Shown here in pieces: positions 28,095-36,594 of a stretch of DNA of 64,000 nt (the stretch's first letter is position 1; each line of letters begins with the position of its first letter). The position numbers and the translations under genes are program-made. The notes under the pieces are model-generated. The model made no database searches. It was not told the origin of the DNA and saw only the letters and a program-made list of their open reading frames with translations. The DNA is taken from sequence record NC_016571.1; one strand, written 5' to 3'.

Positions 28095-28640
28095 ATGATG
28101 GATTGGCATATTTATACTGATGGTTCACGTATTGGTGATTCGACCACTGATGGTGGACCTGGCGGATGGGCATGGGTCTGTACCTATGGCGATATCCGAG
28201 CCGAAGATAGCTGTGGGTTCTTCAAGACCACGAACAACCGTATGGAGATATTGGCTGTAGTAGAAGCTCTTTCTCAATTACAGGAAAGTTCGTCTGTCAA
28301 GATTTATACCGACAGCCAATACACAATTGATGGTGCTACAAAGTGGGTATGGGGCTGGATCAAAAATGGATGGCAGAGAAAGACCCAATCTGGTGGTTTA
28401 GAAGATGTTAAGAACTGTGACCTGTTCAAACGTCTTCATGAACTTACCCGCTTTCACAAAGTCGAATTTATCAAGGTTAAAGCTCACTCCGGTATTCCTG
28501 ATAACGAACGCTGTGATGTGTTAGCTAAATCTGCTGCCGCTAACCCTACCAAAATCGATGAGGGATTCACTCCTCGTCCTGCTGGTGAGAAGACAGGCGG
28601 TTATCGACCTTGGGGTGGTAAACCTCACTGGAAACGTTAA
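28095..28640 (+). CDS. rnhA: Ribonuclease HI
   Basis: IYTDGS, GPGGWA, TTNNRMEI.AV, YTDSQY, W..NGW, VKN.DL, KVKAHSG...NERCD.LA motifs. Confidence 0.95.
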   Translation: MMDWHIYTDGSRIGDSTTDGGPGGWAWVCTYGDIRAEDSCGFFKTTNNRMEILAVVEALSQLQESSSVKIYTDSQYTIDGATKWVWGWIKNGWQRKTQSGGLEDVKNCDLFKRLHELTRFHKVEFIKVKAHSGIPDNERCDVLAKSAAANPTKIDEGFTPRPAGEKTGGYRPWGGKPHWKR

Positions 28641-28646
28641 ACTAAT

Positions 28647-28666
28647 CCCACTATTTCGGTAGTGGG
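28647..28666 (+). terminator. Rho-independent terminator
   Basis: CCCACTAT ttcg GTAGTGGG followed by TTTTCTTTC. Confidence 0.75.
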
Positions 28667-28694
28667 TTTTCTTTCTTATATAAGGTAGAAACAA

Positions 28695-29307
28695 ATGTAC
28701 GAACAAGTTCGGTTGATCCCTGTATTCAACTCAACTACTGAGGATGTATTTGTTCCAACAATGGATTATCCTCCGTTCGAGTTTACTTACGGTAACAACG
28801 ATATCCTGGAGCGTCCCGATCTATTTTTCAAGTTACCTGAAAGTTGATGCCAATATCAACCTGCGTCATTTGGTATCCCTTGGTTCTGAGAAATGGGGCG
28901 TCAATGATCATATTGATTTGAGCCGTCTTTACATCAAAGGTGTTCTGATCAAAGTAACCAACGGTGATAAAGAAGAAGTATTGGAGCTGGATGGTCTGTT
29001 CGGCGTTGCTGGCACTGGTTTCCTCCCAGCTATCCATTCAAGTCATCAGGTGCGCAGAGCTTATCTGAGTATGAAGCATCTTGCAGCACGTTGTTTCAAA
29101 CGTCCTGACCGTTATCCCCCAACGATCTTCGGTAATGAAGAAGCTCCTAACATCACCTTCGAGTTAGGTCTCTGTTATGATGATCAACAGGGTGTTGTTG
29201 AGACCACCATTCACTCTGCAATGAGTAGCGTCAAGTCAGCTACCGTTAAAGTGATCGGATACATTCTGGATATTGAACACAAGTCTACGGACCTGAACCT
29301 TATTTAA
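28695..29307 (+). pseudogene. Family A gene split by a +1 frameshift in a T5 run (28824-28828); 203 aa if repaired
   Basis: ATG 28695 (AAGGT SD) encodes MYEQVRLIPVFNSTTEDVFVPTMDYPPF... and stops at 28847. The +1 frame continues FSSYLKVDANINL... to 29307. Both halves align with 20627-21145. Confidence 0.65.
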
Positions 29308-29344
29308 TCCGCCATTTTATGTCATCTATTGTTGAGGTCTCAAC

Positions 29345-31777
29345 ATGCAACTTGTAACTTGTGCGTTCCCTGGAACTGGTAAGTCTACCATTTCTAACAA
29401 CGCAGAACAATACGGGCTTATCAAAGCGCACGTCTATTATGATGACAGAGAAGGCGTTTGTGTCAGTCTCTTAAACTCTGATAAAGTTCCCGTATTTGAC
29501 TCGGACAGTTCAATCTTTCCGAAAGAAAACTTTCCGAGCAATTATGTAGAACACATCAAGGGACTCCTTCGAGATTTCCCCGAATGTGTTATCATGGTAT
29601 CAAGCCACGACAATGTCCGTGAGGCATTACGTGAAGCTGGTATCGACTATATCCTTGTTTATCCACAACGTGAACTCAAGGGTGATTACCTCGAACGCTA
29701 TGAAGGCCGTGGGTCTCCAGAACCGTTCATTAAACTGATGGATGATAAATGGAATGATTTCATTGACTCTTGTGAGTCGGATCCTTCCACATCCAAACGT
29801 GTACTATCCGAAGGGGAATATCTCGTGGATAAAATTGAAGAGTTGAAGAAGTTTTGGCCTGCTAAGAAAGTAGACGGGAATGAAGCTTTCCCAACTGCTG
29901 TCATTTCAGGTACCGAGTCAATTGGCGATATCGTCAGTGATGGTGAAGGTAATGCAGTAGCTGTCTGGGGTCAGAATGGTCTGGAACCATTACCTGCTGA
30001 TGACGGTGTTACCACTGGTGATGTCATCATCGACGGTGAAACTGGGCAGGTAGTTGGTACAGTAACTGAGGTTGAAGTAGAAGCCGAAGCTAAACCTGGC
30101 CAACCTGGTGTTACTGTAGAAGTAGAAACTGAAGTTCAGCCAGCTCCTGGCGTTTCTGCGGAACAAGTAGTTGAAGCAGTTGTAGCCGCTACTCCGTGCG
30201 AACCAGACAACGTTGATGTTGAAGTTAAACAAGACGGTACTGTTGTGGTGGAAGCTTCTGAAGTTATGCCTGCGGGCGAAGCTTCTGAAGTTGTTGCGGA
30301 AGTTGTTGGTGCTCAAGCTGATGCTCCAGAAACTGTAGTTGTTCAGCCTGCTGATGTAGTTGTTGAAGCAGAAGGTAGTTTTAACCCAACTGCTGCGATC
30401 TTCGCTGCTGCTCTGGGTGATAACCCTGCTCCTGAACCAACTGTGGCTCCTGGTCCTGCCATTGTTGATCTGGCAGAACTGAATGGTCCTGATACTCAGG
30501 TAGTCGTTGCTGCTGAAGAACCAACTGTAGCTGCCGTTGTCGTTGATGACGGTACTCTGACCTCCGAGGTTGTTAGCGTTCAGGCTGATCCTTCTGTTGC
30601 TCCTGTTTCTGGCGAAGTCATTGTTGACGGCCAAGAAGACGCAGGCGGTGAAGTGACTGTTGACGTCGATCCTAAAACCGGCGTAGTTGAAGTTGAAACC
30701 GCAGAAGGTACTGTTACTGTGACCCAAGAAGAAGTTAAAGTTGACGGTGCTGACATCGTTGTTACTGGTGCAGTTGAAGGCGACGACCTTGTTCAGACCG
30801 ATGCTGATCGTGCTGACCTGATTGAGCTGAAGCTGGACATGCAGAACGATATCGATGCTATCGAGCCTATCGTAGCTATGGGTAAAACGGAAGAGCATGC
30901 TGGTAATGAAGCATTTGCAGCCGGTTCCGAAATCTTAAACAAAGCAGCTGCTGAAGCCAAAGCAACTTACGGCATCGAAATGGAACCTACCCTAGCAGGT
31001 CTGGAAGGTTTCCTGGAAGGATTGAAAGGTGCAGTGGGTAAAATTACTGCCGCTCTGAAATCCAAGCCAACTAAACAGGATCTCTCTATCGTTAAGAAAT
31101 ATCTTTACGAGAATGAGAAAGCTGCTGCGGTTTATTCCAGTGCTGATTGGCAAGGTAAGCAAACCTTCATCGAAGGCGGTAACGTCACTGTACAAACCCC
31201 TGCTTTGCTGAGTAATGCTACCACTCCTTCTGAAGTGGCTGGTGTGGTAAACTCCATGTTGAAGAATGCTGAAGATGCTTTCAGTAAACATGTTAAGAAC
31301 GAAACTGAACGTCTTAAAGCCGGTGTGAAAGCTTTCAACGCTATTCGCAACCTGGGTAAAGATGCTCCGGTATCAGAGCTTGAAAAGCATCTACCTATCA
31401 AACCAGAAAAACTGACCTCGGGCGTAGCAGACGCTGGTCTGGATAAAGTAGAAGTTGGTTTGTCTGGCAAAGAGCTTCCAGTTCTGACTGCTGACAAAGT
31501 AAAAGAAGTTGTTAAGATCATGGATACCATTACTGATACGCTGGTTAAGTTTATCCGTATGGAAGAAAGCACTTTCGATCTCTATCCTGGTGATGAAGTC
31601 GAACGTTCTGCCTTTATCGAAGCGCATGAAAATACCGGTGCTGTTAAAGAACTGCTCAGCGTGATCGAGTACCGTTCAAGCCCAGTGTCCTTCACTGCTA
31701 TCGACAAAGCACTCCATGAAAAACTGCTTCCAATTGCACAGTTCTTGGAAAGCTGGATCCTCAAATCAGTTAAATAA
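29345..31777 (+). CDS. Internal head protein (phiKZ-type, protease-processed) with N-terminal P-loop NTPase and acidic linker
   Basis: AFPGTGKST Walker A; ~330-aa V/E/A/P/D-rich linker; G-x-E motifs; C-terminal domain paralogous to the next gene. Confidence 0.65.
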   Translation: MQLVTCAFPGTGKSTISNNAEQYGLIKAHVYYDDREGVCVSLLNSDKVPVFDSDSSIFPKENFPSNYVEHIKGLLRDFPECVIMVSSHDNVREALREAGIDYILVYPQRELKGDYLERYEGRGSPEPFIKLMDDKWNDFIDSCESDPSTSKRVLSEGEYLVDKIEELKKFWPAKKVDGNEAFPTAVISGTESIGDIVSDGEGNAVAVWGQNGLEPLPADDGVTTGDVIIDGETGQVVGTVTEVEVEAEAKPGQPGVTVEVETEVQPAPGVSAEQVVEAVVAATPCEPDNVDVEVKQDGTVVVEASEVMPAGEASEVVAEVVGAQADAPETVVVQPADVVVEAEGSFNPTAAIFAAALGDNPAPEPTVAPGPAIVDLAELNGPDTQVVVAAEEPTVAAVVVDDGTLTSEVVSVQADPSVAPVSGEVIVDGQEDAGGEVTVDVDPKTGVVEVETAEGTVTVTQEEVKVDGADIVVTGAVEGDDLVQTDADRADLIELKLDMQNDIDAIEPIVAMGKTEEHAGNEAFAAGSEILNKAAAEAKATYGIEMEPTLAGLEGFLEGLKGAVGKITAALKSKPTKQDLSIVKKYLYENEKAAAVYSSADWQGKQTFIEGGNVTVQTPALLSNATTPSEVAGVVNSMLKNAEDAFSKHVKNETERLKAGVKAFNAIRNLGKDAPVSELEKHLPIKPEKLTSGVADAGLDKVEVGLSGKELPVLTADKVKEVVKIMDTITDTLVKFIRMEESTFDLYPGDEVERSAFIEAHENTGAVKELLSVIEYRSSPVSFTAIDKALHEKLLPIAQFLESWILKSVK

Positions 31778-31787
31778 GGTAAACGTA

Positions 31788-33059
31788 ATGGAACTGAAAA
31801 ACATCGCTGACATCAAGAAAAAGATGCAGGGTGATATCGGAACCCTTACCAAAGTGATCTCCGCCTGTTCGCAGGCGGATACCCGCTCTGGTATGGAAGG
31901 CTATGAAGATGGCGGTAAAGTATTTACTGACGCCGCTAATCACTTCAAAACCCAATATGGTGTTTCCGTAGAACCTACCTTGGCTGGTATGGAATCTCTG
32001 GTTACTCAGCTGGCCACTGGTCTGAAGAAGATCGAAGATAAAGAAACTTCCGATGCTATTCTGACCCACATGTTAGTTGGGACTGAATCACGTAAGGCTG
32101 ATTTAGTATTGGCTCAAATACGTGGTACAAGTGATCTTCACGTCCTGACCTCGATGATCTCTAACCGTCAGGATGGTATCGACGGGATGGAAGATGGTGG
32201 TACTCACTTCGGCCACATGGTTTCTACCATTAAAGAACACTACGGTGTTGAAGTGGAACCCACGTTGTCCGGTCTGGAAAGTTTTAGCTCTGTTCTTAAA
32301 TCAGCAATCGGGAGCATTACTAACCTGATGAAAGGTAAGAATAAAGCAGAGAAAGCTCGTCTGATCAAACGTAACTTCGCTCAAGCAGAAGAAGCTGTTA
32401 AGCAATACGCTTCAGCTGAATGGCTGGGTAAGCGAGAGTACGTCGAAGATAAGACCGTTAAAGTCAAAACCCCGGCGGTCTTCAAAGATGTTAAGAACAT
32501 CTCCGATCTGATGGGTGTTGTCAATGGTATTCAGAAAGATGTTGATTCTGCGTTGGCCAAACATACGGCGGTTATCAATCAGCGCTTGACCGCTGGCCTG
32601 AAAGTATTCAATCAGTACGACAACAAAGATCCTGGTGATAAGGAAATTACAAAAGAGCTCGATGGTCTGGTAATTACCCCTCCTTATCTTAAAGGCGGTG
32701 TTGACGACTCCAAGCTGAAAGAAGTTAAACTCGGGACTTCTCCTGTTGAACTTCCGACGCTGGATGAAGCAGGTGTTAAATCCGCTGTGTCTGCTTTGGG
32801 TAAATTAATCGCTGGTATCCACACTCTGTGGGCGAAACTAGAAACCATAGATAGTAAGCTTCTGTATGAAGAGGATATCTATCAGTCCGATTTCTGGAAT
32901 AAAATGACTTCCGGTAAAGGTTTCGGTCAACTGTGGGATGCGGTCACTTATGACGCTGCCCGTGAAGTGAAAGAGATCGGGTTTGCCTACGACGACGTGG
33001 TACTCACCATTGCTCAGTTCATCGAAGGTTGGATGCTGGCTTCCATCAAGCACAACTAA
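31788..33059 (+). CDS. Internal head protein (phiKZ-type), paralog of the preceding C-terminal domain
   Basis: ATG 31788 with AAGGT SD; SGMEGY, AGMESL, DGMEDG and SGLESF motifs; ends IAQFIEGWMLASIK versus IAQFLESWILKSVK. Confidence 0.7.
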   Translation: MELKNIADIKKKMQGDIGTLTKVISACSQADTRSGMEGYEDGGKVFTDAANHFKTQYGVSVEPTLAGMESLVTQLATGLKKIEDKETSDAILTHMLVGTESRKADLVLAQIRGTSDLHVLTSMISNRQDGIDGMEDGGTHFGHMVSTIKEHYGVEVEPTLSGLESFSSVLKSAIGSITNLMKGKNKAEKARLIKRNFAQAEEAVKQYASAEWLGKREYVEDKTVKVKTPAVFKDVKNISDLMGVVNGIQKDVDSALAKHTAVINQRLTAGLKVFNQYDNKDPGDKEITKELDGLVITPPYLKGGVDDSKLKEVKLGTSPVELPTLDEAGVKSAVSALGKLIAGIHTLWAKLETIDSKLLYEEDIYQSDFWNKMTSGKGFGQLWDAVTYDAAREVKEIGFAYDDVVLTIAQFIEGWMLASIKHN

Positions 33060-33078
33060 GTAAATCTGTAACTAATCT

Positions 33079-33102
33079 GGGTATAGGCTAACCCCTATAC
33101 CC
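33079..33102 (+). terminator. Hairpin terminator
   Basis: GGGTATAGG ctaacc CCTATACCC followed by ATTTT. Confidence 0.65.
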
Positions 33103-33191
33103 ATTTTGCTGTCTGTTGAAATTTTGCCACCTGCTTTAGCCGGACCAATAACGGTACCCGCAAAGCACACGCATATATAAGGAAGTAGTAA

Positions 33192-34427
33192 ATGGCCCGT
33201 AGTTCTGACATTCGTATTTTCATCGCTAAGAAATTCCCTACTCTCCCAATGGGTCTCATCTACGTTGAACTCCATTCATTAATTACTACAATGGAATCAG
33301 CCAAAGACGCAGAAGGTTACAAACCTGAGTACGGCACCACTTTCCAAAATGAATGGGTCAAAGATACCGTTCATATTAAACCAGGTAATAAAGTTGCTTT
33401 TGTATCCAGTAAGGTTTCCTTTACTGAGAAGTCCATTTATCAGTTCCTGGAAGAACTGTCAGTTATCAGACATATTGACATGACTGGGGATATGACATTC
33501 CTGGACATGTATGGCGTTGTGCCGCTAGATGACGTGAAAGATATAATGTCACCTGCCGAAGTTGCAGGACTCAATGCTGAGGTCTACGCTACGCTTATGA
33601 AGCGTTGGTATAACCGTCATCGTGATGGGGCTAGCAATGCAACTATAATTCAACGTCGCTTGCGGAATGTTGATGCACATATTGAAGTGATGTTGGATAA
33701 GTTTGTCTTCCATCAAGACCAACGCAAGATGAGTTTCGATGTGAAGTATGTCGGTAAGACAGAACCTCATATCTTCTTGGTACCTGACTATGCATTTGAC
33801 ATTAAAGATACCAGCAGTAAGAAGTTCCGACTTTATCACCGTGATGTTGAAAAATACGTCACTGCTGGAAACATTAATTTTGGTGATGCGGTAACTAAGA
33901 TATCTGAATTTACTGGTGGCGAGAATAAGCATATTGCTCATGCGCTCCAGGCGATCATCGGGGAGGTGATTGGATGTGTGGCTAGTGGCAACACCGATAT
34001 CTTTGTTGTCGAGGGTTATCATCACGATTACACAATCAAAGCGGCGTGGGTATCTACTCCCCACAAAACTACAATCACCTTTAGTGTAAGACCTCGTAAA
34101 CCGGCAGACCCGACTCATGTGGGAATCAATATCACTAGTGAGTTGAACCAGCTTATTGTTAGTATGAACAAATACGCGGGAGAATTCGAGCAGGCTCATG
34201 TTTCATATGTCGGGGGTTTGCTGGATGTAGCTACCAATGGCGCATTCCTATCTCAGTACGCGAATAAGCTCCCACCGGTATTATCCGACTATACCGCAGA
34301 GGTTGTTCAACCTAGTGATCTTACCGAGCATTTGGTAATTACACCCGCTGTCAAGAAAATACATGACCCTCGTCGCTATAACCTTCGATTCGTGACTCAA
34401 GGGACGCGTAAGCTAATCCCTAGGTAG
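33192..34427 (+). CDS. Hypothetical protein (possibly extends to 34572 via a +1 frameshift)
   Basis: 411-aa ORF with AAGGA SD; the +1 frame is open 34417-34572 with phage-like codons. Confidence 0.7.
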   Translation: MARSSDIRIFIAKKFPTLPMGLIYVELHSLITTMESAKDAEGYKPEYGTTFQNEWVKDTVHIKPGNKVAFVSSKVSFTEKSIYQFLEELSVIRHIDMTGDMTFLDMYGVVPLDDVKDIMSPAEVAGLNAEVYATLMKRWYNRHRDGASNATIIQRRLRNVDAHIEVMLDKFVFHQDQRKMSFDVKYVGKTEPHIFLVPDYAFDIKDTSSKKFRLYHRDVEKYVTAGNINFGDAVTKISEFTGGENKHIAHALQAIIGEVIGCVASGNTDIFVVEGYHHDYTIKAAWVSTPHKTTITFSVRPRKPADPTHVGINITSELNQLIVSMNKYAGEFEQAHVSYVGGLLDVATNGAFLSQYANKLPPVLSDYTAEVVQPSDLTEHLVITPAVKKIHDPRRYNLRFVTQGTRKLIPR

Positions 34428-34577
34428 CGTTGATCCAAAAGAACTCACTCAGATGAAGACGATATCTGATATGATGGCCGATGTCGATGATGGTCGTGTC
34501 GTGAGTTGGGAGAGTATCAAAAATCCTAAACAAACTGTTTGGTCTCGTTTAACCGGATTCTTCAAGAAATAACATAC

Positions 34578-34605
34578 CCCTACTCTCCTTAACCGGAGAG
34601 TAGGG
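34578..34605 (+). terminator. Hairpin terminator
   Basis: CCCTACTCTCC ttaacc GGAGAGTAGGG flanked by ACATA and TTATG. Confidence 0.7.
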
Positions 34606-34642
34606 AGTTATGATTTGTTTTTCATTTGTATTTAAAGTGAAA

Positions 34643-34664
34643 CAGATATTATCAAATTGTATAA
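34643..34664 (+). promoter_or_regulatory. Putative phage promoter motif, copy 2
   Basis: CAGATATTATC-aaatt-GTATAA in an AT-rich intergenic region. Confidence 0.6.
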
Positions 34665-34693
34665 ACGTTTATATTAATATAGAGGATTTACTT

Positions 34694-35455
34694 ATGAAAA
34701 CTATTGACCGTAATGCATTTACTCAAACTACAATCGAAGCTATCGGTTATTATGTTTACTCTCTGATCGATCCACGTAACGGCGAAACTTTCTACGTCGG
34801 TAAAGGTGTAGGTAACCGCGTATTCATGCATGTTCAGGATTCCCTGAAAACTCCGCACTCTACTGACAAGCTCGACCGTATTCGTGAGATCCACGATGAG
34901 GGTTATGAAGTAACTCATTTGATTATCCGTCACGGCATGACCGAAGATCAGGCATTTGAAGTAGAGGCCGCTATTATCGACATGACACCAAATCTAACTA
35001 ACTTAGTTAAAGGTCATGGTTCTATTCGCGGCCCTAAGTCTATCAAGCAGATCAACGAAATGTACGATGCTGAAATCGCCGACATCGATGGTCTGAAAGT
35101 TCTGATGATTAAAATCAATAATAGTTACGGCAAAATGGATCCTATTGATGCGACCTGTTTCTCCTGGAAGATCTCCGCAGAGAAAATGATGAAAGCTGAT
35201 GTTATCCTGGGTGTTGCTAATGGGATCATCCGTACTGTATTAGAACCTCGTGGTTGGAATTTCTCTAACCCAATCCAACATGGTGAGATGTGGGAACATT
35301 ATGGATTCGACCACATGGACCAAGAACAGCGTAAGCGTAAAGTAATCAAAGCTATACCTGCCGACATTCTTTTACATGAACGTTTGATAGGTAAAGCTAT
35401 ACCTGCTGAATACTCCATGAAGGGTTCTCAGCAAGCACTTCGTTATAACTACTAA
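34694..35455 (+). CDS. GIY-YIG nuclease (LEM-3-like bacterial family)
   Basis: YYVYSLIDPRNGETFYVGKG.GNR.F.H, catalytic EVEAAII and C-terminal GSQQALRY. ATG 34694 with AGAGGA SD. Confidence 0.8.
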   Translation: MKTIDRNAFTQTTIEAIGYYVYSLIDPRNGETFYVGKGVGNRVFMHVQDSLKTPHSTDKLDRIREIHDEGYEVTHLIIRHGMTEDQAFEVEAAIIDMTPNLTNLVKGHGSIRGPKSIKQINEMYDAEIADIDGLKVLMIKINNSYGKMDPIDATCFSWKISAEKMMKADVILGVANGIIRTVLEPRGWNFSNPIQHGEMWEHYGFDHMDQEQRKRKVIKAIPADILLHERLIGKAIPAEYSMKGSQQALRYNY

Positions 35456-35472
35456 CATAGAGGAAAGTAGAA

Positions 35473-35829
35473 ATGGCTAAATATAACGCACCGTCAGTAA
35501 TACTGGCAAAAGAACTTATTGCTTCTCGTTTAAGTTTCGTCTTGATTCAAAAGCTAAAGACAACCACTCGAGGTGTACTCGCTACACGCATCGGTATGAG
35601 CCGTCACATGGTTAACCGATTAGCCCGTGGTGTTAGCAAGAATGTTTCACTGGACGCCATGCTGTTGGTTGCAGAGCGTTTAAACGTTAAATATAAAGTA
35701 TCAATGGAATGGTCTGGTAAAGGACTGCCCGCCGTAACGGTAGAGTTAGTTGATCTTTACCCTGGACTGAAGAAACCCGTCACTAAAGTCCCTAAACACC
35801 AATCCGATAATGAATTCTACATAGGTTAG
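35473..35829 (+). CDS. XRE/HTH_37-like helix-turn-helix protein
   Basis: LATRIGMSRHMVNRLARGVSKNVSLDAMLLVAERL. Confidence 0.75.
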   Translation: MAKYNAPSVILAKELIASRLSFVLIQKLKTTTRGVLATRIGMSRHMVNRLARGVSKNVSLDAMLLVAERLNVKYKVSMEWSGKGLPAVTVELVDLYPGLKKPVTKVPKHQSDNEFYIG

Positions 35830-35834
35830 TCCCA

Positions 35835-36113
35835 ATGCCTCCTAAGAACGTCACTGATGTACCAGAAACAATTAAGCGTGCCATCTATGCTCCTATTTAT
35901 GAGGAGATGAGCCAACTGAAAAGAGCCACTACTCAGAAAGAGTTAGCTAGCACTTTCGGTGTAAGCCAAACCACCATAGGTAGTATTCTCAATGGTGGGA
36001 TCCAGCACGTCAGTCTCAATAAGCTGATTCCTATCGCAACCCAGATGGGAATTGAAATGTCAATCACTACTTCTGCAAGCGGTGTTGATAAAGTAACCAA
36101 AATAACTAGGTGA
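35835..36113 (+). CDS. XRE/HTH_37-like helix-turn-helix protein
   Basis: TQKELASTFGVSQTTIGSILNGGIQHVSLNKLIPIATQMG. Confidence 0.8.
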   Translation: MPPKNVTDVPETIKRAIYAPIYEEMSQLKRATTQKELASTFGVSQTTIGSILNGGIQHVSLNKLIPIATQMGIEMSITTSASGVDKVTKITR

Positions 36114-36119
36114 GTTATT

Positions 36120-36587
36120 ATGAAAGATAACAACGGTGTTGAGTATTATAATCCATCTGGGGTGGATGTCTGGTTTGCCCGTTACGAATTAAAAGCACCT
36201 GGAGATCCAACCCCCATGTTCTTTGATATCTGGGGAGCTGGTTTAGCCAACCCTAGTAGTAAACCCAGCATGCTGGAAACGCCCCTGGTAGATATAGTAG
36301 ATGATATTCCAATGACTGTTATCGATTGTTTTGGGATATTCACAGAAGCAGAAAGGGAAGCGCATAAGGCATGGTTAGTACCCAATCTAACTCCGCAATT
36401 CGCTCCTATTCCTTTTGTTCTTCGTGAGCCTACTGATTCATTAGGAATGAGTAAAGTAGTCTGTACTCCCGTTCAGTACGGTGAGAAGAACTATCTTAGT
36501 TATAAACCAGTGGGTGATGATTACATCCTCCAAGAAGGAGAACGGTTCGTAAAACCTAAGAACCCTTCTTTCCCAACTAAATTCTGA
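36120..36587 (+). CDS. Hypothetical protein
   Basis: 155-aa ORF in operon. Confidence 0.7.
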   Translation: MKDNNGVEYYNPSGVDVWFARYELKAPGDPTPMFFDIWGAGLANPSSKPSMLETPLVDIVDDIPMTVIDCFGIFTEAEREAHKAWLVPNLTPQFAPIPFVLREPTDSLGMSKVVCTPVQYGEKNYLSYKPVGDDYILQEGERFVKPKNPSFPTKF

Positions 36588-36594
36588 GGTAATA

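Noticed and set aside
28744-29307. Track ORF starting MYLFQQW
   Set aside because: Its first ~27 codons are the wrong frame of the SD-led gene at 28695; treated as a frameshifted gene instead.
29990-30898. 302-aa - strand ORF
   Set aside because: Antisense shadow of the V/E/A-rich linker (N/F/S-rich translation caused by NNT codon bias); no SD.
34694-35455. Homing endonuclease or intron
   Set aside because: Free-standing with its own SD, no interrupted host gene, and a C-terminal domain of the bacterial LEM-3-like type rather than NUMOD DNA-binding repeats.
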